From assembly GCA_900318145.1 (NCBI GenBank), contig ONJM01000008.1, positions 19,388 through 83,387 on the forward strand: a stretch of DNA of 64,000 bases. Direction: 5' to 3'. Each line of letters starts with the position of its first letter. Within the stretch, counting starts at the first letter, position 1. A model generated the notes under the pieces. The model saw only the letters and a program-made list of their open reading frames with translations. It ran no database searches and was not told the DNA's origin. Positions 38,728-48,290 of this stretch are shown here, piece after piece. The position numbers and the translations under genes were made by a program. The DNA is from an uncultured Eubacteriales bacterium. Its GTDB lineage: Bacteria; Bacillota; Clostridia; Christensenellales; Aristaeellaceae.

Positions 38728-38730
38728 CGA

Positions 38731-39630
38731 TTATCCCTCCAGTCCGCGCGTGGCTCTTTTCACAATTGCCTGGCTTCCGCCGATAACCAGCAGCGACAGC
38801 ACAAAGATGCCCACGGAAATCGCGCTGCCGTATCCCAGGTTGCTTTGCTGGAAGGATGTGGTATATCCGTACAGCGCCATCACATAGGAGGAATATCCGG
38901 GTCCGCCCGCCGTCATGGTCCAGATGCTGTCGAAAGCCTTCATGTTGCCGGCGATGCACAGCGTCAGGCAGACCAGCAGTGTGGGACTGATCATGGGAAG
39001 GGTGATATAGATTGCTTTTTTAAAGCCGTTTGCCCCGTCAATCTCCGCCGATTCGAAGATTTCCTGGTCAATGCCCGCGATAGCGGAGAAAAGGATTACC
39101 ATGTAATACCCGATGTACTGCCAGACCAGGGGAATGGATACATACAGCATGACGTGGTTCGCGTCCCCCAGCCATGTCTGCTTCGTGCCTCCCAGCACAT
39201 TTACCACAAACCAGTTCAGCAGGCCGTATTTGGAATGGAAAATGATACTCCAGATCAGGCCGATGCAGACCGCGGAGATGGTACTCGGAAAGAAACCGAA
39301 GGTACGGTGAACCGCCTTGCCCACCGCGAGCTTGGAGTTGGCAAACAGCACAAAAACGAAGGCAAGGCCGATCTGCCCGATGATACACACGACCACCAGG
39401 TAAATGTTGTTCCAGAAGGAATTCCAGAAAATCGAATCAGCGATCAGCGCCTTATAATTTTCCACCCCGTTGAAAACTGCCGTGTAGATTGTCTGTCCGC
39501 TTTTCAGTTCAAAAAAGCTTAAGTAGACCGCCGTCAGCAGCGGTACAAATACAGAGAATACAAACAGTGCCACCGGAACGAGCAAATAAAGCCAGATCGT
39601 GGTTCTTCTTGGTTTGATGGCATCGAGCAC
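38731..39630 (-). CDS. Carbohydrate ABC (CUT1) permease, MalF-like
   Basis: WQYIGYYMVI, IFESAEIDGAN, ITLPMI. Confidence 0.93.
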   Translation of the reverse strand: MLDAIKPRRTTIWLYLLVPVALFVFSVFVPLLTAVYLSFFELKSGQTIYTAVFNGVENYKALIADSIFWNSFWNNIYLVVVCIIGQIGLAFVFVLFANSKLAVGKAVHRTFGFFPSTISAVCIGLIWSIIFHSKYGLLNWFVVNVLGGTKQTWLGDANHVMLYVSIPLVWQYIGYYMVILFSAIAGIDQEIFESAEIDGANGFKKAIYITLPMISPTLLVCLTLCIAGNMKAFDSIWTMTAGGPGYSSYVMALYGYTTSFQQSNLGYGSAISVGIFVLSLLVIGGSQAIVKRATRGLEG

Positions 39631-39778
39631 GCCCTGTCCCCCCTTTTTTCTCTTTTGAAAAAACGCCCTGTCCGCACAACACGGGCAGGGCGGCCGGTAT
39701 TGACTGGTCGTTTTTGTTCCGCTGATTTTCCGCTCCCCGCGAGGGGGAGCGGAGCTTCAGCGTCAGGCAGCACCGGGA

Positions 39779-41134
39779 TTATTCAGCCTTCAGGTAATTT
39801 TCCTCGTAGGCAGCCTGGGTATCCGCGGCTACTTTTTCAGGATCCATCTGGCCGTTCAGCATCGCCTGGACTTCCGTGTTGAACACGCTCCAGACAGCGG
39901 AATTGATGTAGGAGTCATAGATTTCGCAGGTGGTGGTATCAACATAGGACCAGTTATAGAACGCGACGGTGATCGGGTCAAACTTGGAGAAGTCGACTTC
40001 ACCGGCAGCGGTCAGTCCGCCCAGGGCATAGTTCTCCGCGACGTAGCTGGAGAAGGCGGGGCCGGTCAGTTCCTGAGCCAGGTCGATGGCGGCAGCCAGC
40101 TTATCGGGATCCTCTGCAACCTTGGGATTGATGGCCACAGCGTAGCCCAAGCCGATATTCTGGGAGTTGGGGGCTTCGGTGGCGTCCGCGGGCTGCGGCA
40201 GCACAGCAAAGGCCATGTTGTTCCACTTTTCTTCGTTGGTGTCCTTCAGGGTCTGCCAGATGTATGCTTCGTCCCAGTTGCCGCCGATGAACGCGGCAGC
40301 GTCTCCGGAGATGTAATACTCACGGGCATCCTCATTCGTCACGGTGTTGAAGTCATCGTTGAAAATCTTGGTTTCGGTAAAGAGGCGCTTGGTCTCCTTC
40401 AGGGCTTTCACAAAAGCTTCGTCGGTGAAAGCGGCGCCGCTCTTGGCAATCAGGCTGGCGAACCAGTCGGGGCCGGTGTAGCGGTTGCCCAGGGTGGAAA
40501 TAAAGTCAGAGTTCATCTGCCACTGGCCGCCGTTGCCGAAGGAGATCGTGTCGATGCCTTTGCCTTCGAAATACTCGTCAGCCTTTTCCACTTCTTCCCA
40601 GGTGGTGGGGAAAGCGTCGTATCCGGCTTCTTTCCACATGGCCTTGTCGTAGATCACTACGGTGCAGGTACCGCCGGTCAGGACGGGGTAGCCGTAGATT
40701 TTTCCTTCAGAGGTAAAGGGGGTGAAGTAGGCGGTATTGTAATCATTGTAGTAGGGAGACGCCTTGATGATGTCGGTCAGGTCCATCACCAGATTACCCT
40801 TCGCCCAGGCAATGGTGTTCATGCCCTGGAGCAGGAATACGTCCGGCAGGTCATTCGCGGTAGACCGTGTCGCGATGGTCGTCTTGTATTCGGCGTTAGC
40901 CAGTACTTCTTCTTCCAGTTCAATGTCCGGATGGGCAGCCTTCCAGGCAGCCAGGGTGGTGCGGAATCCGTCGGAACCGCCGTTGCCTTCGGACTCTTCG
41001 GAAGTGGAGAAGTGCATCAGATGCAGCTTGCCTTTGTAGGCCAGTTCAGTTGCCGCGACAGGGGTAGCCGCAAAAGCGGAAACGATCCCCATCGTCAGGG
41101 CCAGTGCCAGGACCAGAGCTACGAGTTTCTTCAT
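39779..41134 (-). CDS. Oligosaccharide ABC substrate-binding protein
   Basis: Signal peptide; LPDVF, GKIYGYP, PTTWEE; first gene of the mannan locus. Confidence 0.9.
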   Translation of the reverse strand: MKKLVALVLALALTMGIVSAFAATPVAATELAYKGKLHLMHFSTSEESEGNGGSDGFRTTLAAWKAAHPDIELEEEVLANAEYKTTIATRSTANDLPDVFLLQGMNTIAWAKGNLVMDLTDIIKASPYYNDYNTAYFTPFTSEGKIYGYPVLTGGTCTVVIYDKAMWKEAGYDAFPTTWEEVEKADEYFEGKGIDTISFGNGGQWQMNSDFISTLGNRYTGPDWFASLIAKSGAAFTDEAFVKALKETKRLFTETKIFNDDFNTVTNEDAREYYISGDAAAFIGGNWDEAYIWQTLKDTNEEKWNNMAFAVLPQPADATEAPNSQNIGLGYAVAINPKVAEDPDKLAAAIDLAQELTGPAFSSYVAENYALGGLTAAGEVDFSKFDPITVAFYNWSYVDTTTCEIYDSYINSAVWSVFNTEVQAMLNGQMDPEKVAADTQAAYEENYLKAE

Positions 41135-41160
41135 AATCCAGTTTCCTCCTAAATTTTATT

Positions 41161-41217
41161 AAGTTAACAAGTAAACTTGTTGTTTGGATTATATAATACT
41201 TTTCAGGAAGCTGTCAA
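41161..41217 (-). promoter_or_regulatory. Promoter of mannan ABC operon with GTTAAC/GTTTAC operator-like sites
   Basis: TTGACA-18 bp-TATAAT, then CAAGTTTACTTGTTAACT. Confidence 0.6.
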
Positions 41218-41470
41218 TATGTTATTTTTACTTGCTTTTTGTTCGTACAAGTATCTTTCAGGAGTCCTCTTTCTGGCTTTCCGCAAGATATTATGCCCGT
41301 TTTTGATTTACAAATTAATTTACAATATTCCGTTCGCGACGAAAAAATTTTTTTGAAGAAACGACAAGAGGTGTCCCCGCCGGTCCGAAGAAGCCGTCAG
41401 GTGCTTGGCACGGGGATTCAAAATTAATTTTTTTGAAAACTTCTTTTTGCATTTTTGTCATCGTTGCTGA

Positions 41471-41499
41471 TTGACACATACTGCCGTTTTTTCTATTAT
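41471..41499 (+). promoter_or_regulatory. sigma-A promoter of GMP synthase gene
   Basis: TTGACA-17 bp-TATTAT. Confidence 0.7.
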
Positions 41500-41534
41500 A
41501 CAAAGAAGTTTTTTCGTATGAAGGAGGGCATCAC

Positions 41535-42521
41535 ATGGAGAACAACAGGCGTCCTGACGATATGCGGCGGATTACGACTCCCGAACTGGCGGAAGCGTTT
41601 ATTGAGGAACAGGTTGCGGCCATCCGGCAGCAGGTTGGAAACAGAAAGGTTCTGCTCGCCCTCTCCGGCGGTGTGGACAGTTCTGTGGTAGCCGCCCTGC
41701 TGATCAAAGCCATCGGGCAGCAGCTTGTGGCCGTGCACGTCAACCATGGCCTGCTCCGCAAAGGCGAACCCGAGCAGGTGATCGAGGTTTTCCGCAACCA
41801 GATGAAAGCCAATCTGGTATATGTGGACGCGGTGGACCGTTTTCTGGACAAGCTGGCCGGTGTCAGCGATCCGGAGCAGAAGCGGAAGATCATCGGTGCT
41901 GAGTTTATCCGTGTGTTTGAGGAAGAAGCCCGCAAGCAGGACGATATCGCGTTCCTCGCCCAGGGCACGATCTATCCCGATATTACCGAGAGCGTCGGCG
42001 TCAAGGCGCACCACAATGTAGGCGGCCTGCCCGACGATCTGCAGTTTGAACTGGTCGAGCCTGTCAGGCTGCTCTACAAGGATGAAGTGCGTGTCGTCGG
42101 CAAAGCCCTCGGCCTGCCTGACAGCATGGTATACCGCCAGCCCTTCCCCGGTCCCGGCCTGGGCGTGCGCTGCGTCGGTGCCATTACCCGCGACCGGCTG
42201 GAAGCGCTCCGTGAGGCGGACGCTGTCGTCCGTGAGGAAATCGGCTCCCTGCCGGAAATTCCGTGGCAGTACTTCTGCGTCATTCCGGACTTCAGGTCCA
42301 CCGGTATCAAGTATGTGGACGGCAAGGGCGTCCGCTACATGGGCTGGGCTGTAATCATCCGTGCCGTCAACACGGTCGACGCTGTCACCGCCACCGTTCC
42401 GGAAATTCCCTTCAGCGTTCTGTGCCGCATCCGCGACCGTATCATTGCCGGCGTCGACGGCGTTAACCGCGTCCTTTGGGATATCAGCGAGAAACCCGTC
42501 GCCACCATCGAGTTTGAATGA
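41535..42521 (+). CDS. guaA: GMP synthase, ATP-pyrophosphatase/dimerisation part only (no glutaminase domain)
   Basis: LSGGVDSSV, NHGLLRKGE, PEQKRKIIG, QGTIYPD, HHNVGGLP, RQPFPGPGL, KPVATIEFE. Confidence 0.9.
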   Translation: MENNRRPDDMRRITTPELAEAFIEEQVAAIRQQVGNRKVLLALSGGVDSSVVAALLIKAIGQQLVAVHVNHGLLRKGEPEQVIEVFRNQMKANLVYVDAVDRFLDKLAGVSDPEQKRKIIGAEFIRVFEEEARKQDDIAFLAQGTIYPDITESVGVKAHHNVGGLPDDLQFELVEPVRLLYKDEVRVVGKALGLPDSMVYRQPFPGPGLGVRCVGAITRDRLEALREADAVVREEIGSLPEIPWQYFCVIPDFRSTGIKYVDGKGVRYMGWAVIIRAVNTVDAVTATVPEIPFSVLCRIRDRIIAGVDGVNRVLWDISEKPVATIEFE

Positions 42522-42580
42522 TCGCCAAAAACCCCGGGCGCCTTGTTTTTTTAAAGGCACCCGGGGGTTCTTTTTGCTTT
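42522..42580. terminator. Intrinsic terminator (near-duplicate of 46153-46211)
   Basis: CCCCGGGCGCCTT...AAGGCACCCGGGG followed by a T-run. Confidence 0.75.
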
Positions 42581-42888
42581 GGATCAGCTTTTAATCCACT
42601 TTTCCGGACTCATTATTTTAATATACGTGAACGATCAGGACGCCCCTTATCGTTCCCTTTTTATCTGCTCTCCGGCTGTCCCTTCGGATACTGCCGGCAG
42701 AAACCCGCCGGAATATCGTCTGACCAGGGTGCCCTTCACCGGCACGCCGGAGGGGACCATGTTCTGCGGGCGCCGGGAAACGGGGCTTTAAGCAATAAGA
42801 CACACTCTGCTTCACGGAACGTTATCAGCAAACACCCGTGATCCTGTCGCGGGCGTTTTACAGGATTAAGCAATAAGAAAGGCATACG

Positions 42889-44031
42889 ATGATGAAACCG
42901 GTTTTCGCTTTTTTGAAGAAGGAAATGATGCTGACGCTGTCCTTGCTGGCCGCGCTGGCGGCGCTGATCATTACGCCTCCCTCGCCGCGGCTTCTTGAGG
43001 ATATCGACTGGCGCACGCTGGGAACGCTGCTGATGATGCTGTGTGTTCTGGAGGGCTTCAAGCAGGAAAATGTTCTCCGTCCGCTGGTCGGCCTGGCCGG
43101 CAGCCTGAAACGGATGACATCCCTTTCACTTTTCCTGATCTTCGGCGTTTTCTTTTCCTCCATGTTCGTAACGAACGATGTTTCACTGATCATCTTTGTC
43201 CCGCTGACCATCATGCTGTTCCGGGACGGCGGAAAGGAAAAATACATCCTGCCGGTTATCTCCATGGAAAACATTGCCGCGATCCGCGGATCACTCCTGA
43301 TGCCCTTCGGCAGTCCCCAGAATCTTTTCCTGTATGGGAAAGCCGGCGTCAGCGCCGGACATTTCATGCTCCATATGCTGCCGCTGTGCGCAATGTCAGC
43401 GCTGCTGCTGATCGCGTTTGTCCTTGTTCTTTACCGGAAGGATCCGAAGGAAGGGATCTCCGCCTCCGCGGACCGGATGCCCTGGCCGCCGGATGGAAAA
43501 ATCCGCCGGATCGGCTATGTCTGCCTGTTTGTGCTGATCCTGGCCGTGATCGTCACCCGGACTTCGCTGTGGCCCTGGGCAGTCGCCGTCGTGTTGGCCG
43601 GTATGCTGATCCTGGACCGGAGGATCCTCCTGAAGGTCGACTATGTGCTGCTGGTGACCTTTCTGTGCTTTTTCATCTTTTCCTCCTCCATCGCCGCCAA
43701 TCCCGGCATTTCCGGCTTCCTGAAAAAGGCGGTCGCCGGCAATGAATACTGGTGGAGCATCGGAATCAGCCAGATCATTTCCAACGTGCCGGCTACGATC
43801 GTGCTTTATCCGTTCACGGAAAACTTTTCCGGCCTGATCTACGGTGCGGATACCGCCGGCCTCTGTTCCCTGATCGGTTCACTGGCTTCCGTGATCAATT
43901 ACCGCATCTATGTCCGGGAATATCCGGGCAGCGGAAAAGCCTTCATCAAAACCTTCACGCTGGTCAGCTGGGCGTTTTTCCTGATCGTGGTCCTCCCCGG
44001 CTTCCTGCTGTCCCGCTGGCCCTTCTTCTGA
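42889..44031 (+). CDS. ArsB/NhaD/CitMHS (SLC13-like) anion permease
   Basis: IDWRTL, SMFVTNDV, PFGSPQN, SQIISNVPA, SLIGSLAS. Confidence 0.85.
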   Translation: MMKPVFAFLKKEMMLTLSLLAALAALIITPPSPRLLEDIDWRTLGTLLMMLCVLEGFKQENVLRPLVGLAGSLKRMTSLSLFLIFGVFFSSMFVTNDVSLIIFVPLTIMLFRDGGKEKYILPVISMENIAAIRGSLLMPFGSPQNLFLYGKAGVSAGHFMLHMLPLCAMSALLLIAFVLVLYRKDPKEGISASADRMPWPPDGKIRRIGYVCLFVLILAVIVTRTSLWPWAVAVVLAGMLILDRRILLKVDYVLLVTFLCFFIFSSSIAANPGISGFLKKAVAGNEYWWSIGISQIISNVPATIVLYPFTENFSGLIYGADTAGLCSLIGSLASVINYRIYVREYPGSGKAFIKTFTLVSWAFFLIVVLPGFLLSRWPFF

Positions 44032-44336
44032 TCCGCCGTCTGCCGGTTTGATCCCTGCTGGAAACCGCCGGAACGTCTCAAACGCCGACAAATGTTTTCC
44101 ATTTCCTGGATATTTCAGCTGTCATTTCATTTTGTTCCTGCGTATAAAGAGATGTCAGCGCCAAAACAGGCGCTGTGAAAAAGCCGGTTCTGAAATATGG
44201 ACCGGCTTTTTCGGCGCCCTTTTGTTTTTGTTACTGTCAGTATATAAAAATATTATTCTGTTAGTATTACCGGTATGTTCATTTCCCCATGCTGTTCTGA
44301 TACAATACAACCGGAATATCAAAGGAGGCCGTATGG

Positions 44337-46091
44337 ATGGAAATAGAACTTTCCGAAAACAAAACCGGTGCCAAAGAAATCAAAGCGCTTCGCCGCCCGT
44401 TCCTGCGGGAGCTTTTCCGGGAGAACAGGTTCAATCTGGCGATGACCCTGGTCTCGGCAGCCCTCATGGCCGCCGGGGAGCTGGTCGTCTCCTGGCTGAT
44501 CAAGGAGATTGTCGACCTGATCTCCGGCACCGGCGGATATACCTTTGGTGTGTTGCTGGCCATTGCCGGGGGCGGACTGGCGCTGATGGCGCTCGCCGCG
44601 GTGATTGACTATGTCTTCCTGTCCCGCTTCCGGGCAAAAGCCATGAAGCAGTACCGGGAATACGTGTTCCGCAGGCTGCTGGACAAAGGCATCCAGGCGT
44701 TTTCCGGTGAAAACAGTTCCCTTTATCTTTCCGCCCTTTCAAATGATGTTAACACCATCGAACGGGATTTCATTTCTCCGCTTCAGAACATCATCGGCAC
44801 AACCCTCGCGTTTGCCGGAGCGCTGGGGCTCATGCTGTGGTACAGTCCGCTGCTGACGCTTATTTCCATCGGTTTTTCTCTCCTGCCGGTTATCGTTTCG
44901 ATTGTGTTCGGCAGCAAAGCGGAGAAAGCCGAAAAAGCGGTTTCTGACCGTAAAGAGCATTACACCGGCATGCTCAAGGATACGCTCACCGGTTTTGCGG
45001 TGATCAAAAGCTCCAAAGCGGAGCAGAGCATTGCCCGGATGCACGATGCGCAGAATGAAAGCGTGGCGGATGCGTCCGAAAGGCGGACCGGGATCGGCGT
45101 GCTGATCGGGTATTCCTCCGGAATCTCCGGCGGCGTTCTCCAGTTCGGCGTATTCTTCGTCGCCGCCGCGATGGCGCTTTCCGGAAACAACAGCGTTACC
45201 GGCGGTACAGCCATTGTTTTCGTGCAGCTGCTGAACTATGTCCTCGGGCCGATCCAGGCCTTTCCCACCTTCTTTGCCGGGGCAAAATCCTCCTTCGGCC
45301 TGATCGGCAAGCTGGCTGAAGCCCTGAACCGGAACATTCCGGACGAAGGGGACCCCATCGCACCTTCACTCACGGACAGCATCTCGGTCCGGAACCTTCA
45401 TTTCGCCTATGAGGAAGGGAAACCGGTCCTGGACGGTGTAAATATGGAACTGCCCGCGGGTGGCTGCTACGCGCTCGTCGGCGGATCCGGCAGCGGTAAA
45501 TCAACGATTCTGAATCTTCTCATGGCCTCCTCCCGGGATTATCAGGGCGAAATCCGCTATGACGGAAAGGAGCTGAAAACCGTTTCCCCGGGTTCACTCT
45601 ATGACCTGGTATCCATCATCCAGCAGAACGTATTCGTGTTCAACAGCACGATCCGCAACAACATCACCATGTTCTCGGACTTCCCGAAGGAGGAGGTGGA
45701 CCGGGCGGTGCGCATGTCCGGTCTTGAAAAGCTGATCCGTGAGAAGGGTGAAGATTATCTGTGCGGTGAAAACGGATCCGGTCTGTCCGGCGGCGAACGG
45801 CAGCGAATCTCCATTGCCAGGGCGCTGCTGCGCAAAACGCCGGTGCTGTTTGTCGACGAGGCTACCGCTTCCCTCGATGCTGAGACAAGCTTTGAAGTTC
45901 TGGACGCGATCCTGAAGCTGGACGGATATACCCGCGTAATCGTCACTCACGATCTGGACGAGAACATCCTCCGCCGCTGCACCGGTCTGTTTACACTGAA
46001 AAACGGCGCGGTTGCGGAGAAGGGTACTTTTGATAACCTGATGGAAAAGAAAGGCTACTTCTATTCGCTGTTCACCGTTTCCCAGCGATGA
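44337..46091 (+). CDS. ABC exporter, fused permease/ATPase
   Basis: GGSGSGKST, LSGGERQR, VDEATASLD, VTHD. Confidence 0.92.
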   Translation: MEIELSENKTGAKEIKALRRPFLRELFRENRFNLAMTLVSAALMAAGELVVSWLIKEIVDLISGTGGYTFGVLLAIAGGGLALMALAAVIDYVFLSRFRAKAMKQYREYVFRRLLDKGIQAFSGENSSLYLSALSNDVNTIERDFISPLQNIIGTTLAFAGALGLMLWYSPLLTLISIGFSLLPVIVSIVFGSKAEKAEKAVSDRKEHYTGMLKDTLTGFAVIKSSKAEQSIARMHDAQNESVADASERRTGIGVLIGYSSGISGGVLQFGVFFVAAAMALSGNNSVTGGTAIVFVQLLNYVLGPIQAFPTFFAGAKSSFGLIGKLAEALNRNIPDEGDPIAPSLTDSISVRNLHFAYEEGKPVLDGVNMELPAGGCYALVGGSGSGKSTILNLLMASSRDYQGEIRYDGKELKTVSPGSLYDLVSIIQQNVFVFNSTIRNNITMFSDFPKEEVDRAVRMSGLEKLIREKGEDYLCGENGSGLSGGERQRISIARALLRKTPVLFVDEATASLDAETSFEVLDAILKLDGYTRVIVTHDLDENILRRCTGLFTLKNGAVAEKGTFDNLMEKKGYFYSLFTVSQR

Positions 46092-46152
46092 CCGGCCGGA
46101 GCATCCGTACACTTTTATCGTGATTTCATCAACGTGCTGTCAGTGCTCCGTT

Positions 46153-46211
46153 TCGCGAAAAAGCCCCGGGCCGCCTTATAGGATAAGACGCCCGGGGTTC
46201 TTTTCTGCCTT
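46153..46211. terminator. Bidirectional terminator (near-duplicate of 42522-42580)
   Basis: AAAAAGCCCCGGGCCGCCTT...AAGACGCCCGGGGTTCTTTT. Confidence 0.7.
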
Positions 46212-46263
46212 GCGGCCTGTTTTGGCCCAACGCTTTCTCAAATGACTTTCATGTCTTCCGGAA

Positions 46264-47118
46264 TCACACGCCGGAATAGGCTGAGAACCCGCCGTCAATC
46301 GGAATCGTCACGCCGGTAATGAAGCTGGCGGCTTCATTGTTCAGCAGGAACAGCACCGCGCCGCTGAGCTCCTTTTCACTGTCGCCGAAGCGTCCCATGG
46401 GGGTCGCCGCCAGGATCTTGCCGGTACGCGCCGTGGGCGTTCCGTCCGGATTGAACAGCAGCGCCTGGTTCTGCTTCGTGGAGAAGAAACCGGGAGCGAT
46501 GGCGTTCACCCGGATCCCGGCTTTGCTGAAGTGCACCGCCAGCCACTGGGTGAAGTTGGTCACGGCCGCTTTTGCCCCGGAATAGGCCGGAATCTTTGTC
46601 AGCGGGCAGTAGGCGTTCATGGAGCTGATGTTCAGGATGCTGCAGCCTTCCCTTCCCACCATCTGCCGGGCAAACGCCTGGGTCGGCAGCAGCGTGCCGA
46701 TGAAATTCAGGTTGAAAACGAATTCCACGCCGGATTTGTCCAGATCGAAGAAGGATTTGGTATCGCTCTCGATGTCGCCCGGCTCAAAGTACTCCTTGTC
46801 CGTCGTGGCTCGGGGATTGTTGCCGCCCGCGCCGTTCAGCAGGATATCGCAGGGGCCGAGATCCGCCAGCACCTGGTCTGCCACGGAATAGCAGATATCC
46901 TTGTCCAGCACATTGCAGCTGTACGCTTTGGCAATCCCGCCTTCGGCCGTAATTTCTTCCGCGAACTGATTGGCCGCGTCGAAGTTCAGGTCCAGCAGCG
47001 CCACCTTCGCGCCTGCCCGGGCCAGCACCTTCGCGAAATAGGAGCACAGGACGCCGCCCGCGCCGGTAACGACGGCCACCTTGCCCGTCAGATCGGTATT
47101 CAGCACATTCTTCTGCAT
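46264..47118 (-). CDS. uxuB: D-mannonate oxidoreductase (SDR type)
   Basis: VTGAGGVLC, NGAGGNNP.ATT, PLTKIPAYSGAK, DGGFSAYSGV; next to uxuA. Confidence 0.88.
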   Translation of the reverse strand: MQKNVLNTDLTGKVAVVTGAGGVLCSYFAKVLARAGAKVALLDLNFDAANQFAEEITAEGGIAKAYSCNVLDKDICYSVADQVLADLGPCDILLNGAGGNNPRATTDKEYFEPGDIESDTKSFFDLDKSGVEFVFNLNFIGTLLPTQAFARQMVGREGCSILNISSMNAYCPLTKIPAYSGAKAAVTNFTQWLAVHFSKAGIRVNAIAPGFFSTKQNQALLFNPDGTPTARTGKILAATPMGRFGDSEKELSGAVLFLLNNEAASFITGVTIPIDGGFSAYSGV

Positions 47119-47122
47119 TTTC

Positions 47123-48202
47123 TTATTTCCCTTTCTGCTCTTTGTCGATCGCTTCCCACAGGCCGTTGATATAGGCGGCGCCCAGCGCGCGGTCATACAG
47201 GCCGTATCCCGGGCGGCCCTGCTCGTCCCAGATCATGCGCCCGTGGTCGGGGCGGATATAGGTATCCGGGCAGGTGTCGTAAATGGCCTTCACGATCTCG
47301 TACAGGTCCAGATCCCCGGTGCTGCTCAGGTGGGCCGCCTCCCGGAAATGATGGTAGCCCAGGTACTTGACGTTCCGCACATGCATGGCCCCGATGCGGT
47401 TCATCCCGCCGAAGTGGCGGATGATGGCCGGAATGTCGTTGTCCGGATTGGATCCCAGGGAACCGGTGCACAGGCAGAGCGTGTTCGCCGGGCTGTCGTG
47501 CAGCTGCACCATTTTGTCAAAATCGTCCTGGCTGTGGGTAATGCGGGGCAGGCCGAAGATCGGCCAGGCGGGATCGTCCGGGTGGCACGCCATGCGCATG
47601 CCGACTTCCTCGCACACCGGAATCACCGCGTCCAGGAAGTATTTGAAATTCTTCCGCAGATCGTCCGGTCCGATATTTTCGTACTGCTTCAGAGTCGTCT
47701 CCAGCAGTGCCAGGCGTTCCGGCTCCCATCCGGGCAGGGTGAAGCCCTTGCTGTCCTCGGCGGTTTTGCGCACGATTTCCAGCGGACCCATTTCGCCCAG
47801 GTCCTTCTCGTCAAAGTACAGGCTGTTGCTGCCGTCTTCCGGAATCACCCGCGCCAGATCCGTCCGCAGCCAGTCGAACACCGGCATGAAGTTATAGATA
47901 ATCACTTTAACGCCGTGCTTCGCCAGCATCCGGATGGTGCTGATGTAGTTCGCGATGTACTCTTCCCGGCTGGGCAGGCCCATTTTGATGTCCTCATGCA
48001 CGTTGACGGACTCGATGACCTCGATCTCCAGTCCGGCTTCGTTCACTTCCTTCTTCAGCGCCGCGAATTCCTCCTCCGGCCAGTCCACGCCCGCGGGTTT
48101 GTCCAGCAGGCCCATCAGGCCGGACATGCCGGGAATCTGTTTCACGTATTTCAGCGGGATCGGGTCGATTGCGCTGCCGTACCAGCGGAATGTCATTTTC
48201 AT
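47123..48202 (-). CDS. uxuA: Mannonate dehydratase
   Basis: [50 protein letters not shown]. Confidence 0.96.
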   Translation of the reverse strand: MKMTFRWYGSAIDPIPLKYVKQIPGMSGLMGLLDKPAGVDWPEEEFAALKKEVNEAGLEIEVIESVNVHEDIKMGLPSREEYIANYISTIRMLAKHGVKVIIYNFMPVFDWLRTDLARVIPEDGSNSLYFDEKDLGEMGPLEIVRKTAEDSKGFTLPGWEPERLALLETTLKQYENIGPDDLRKNFKYFLDAVIPVCEEVGMRMACHPDDPAWPIFGLPRITHSQDDFDKMVQLHDSPANTLCLCTGSLGSNPDNDIPAIIRHFGGMNRIGAMHVRNVKYLGYHHFREAAHLSSTGDLDLYEIVKAIYDTCPDTYIRPDHGRMIWDEQGRPGYGLYDRALGAAYINGLWEAIDKEQKGK

Positions 48203-48290
48203 CGTTGTTTCCTCCTTTTCTTTTTAACAGGCCGCAAAGAAGATTCCGGGAATGCGCTTTGCGTCCTTTCGGATCAGAAAAACCTTCTTT

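Noticed and set aside
36334-39522. 1062-aa plus-strand ORF
   Set aside because: Antisense shadow of LacI, epimerase and permease genes; long stop-free antisense frames are expected with GC-rich codon bias; no motifs.
41220-41470. Purine, ZTP or PRPP riboswitch upstream of guaA
   Set aside because: No consensus motifs seen, and the best promoter lies only ~35 nt before the start codon.
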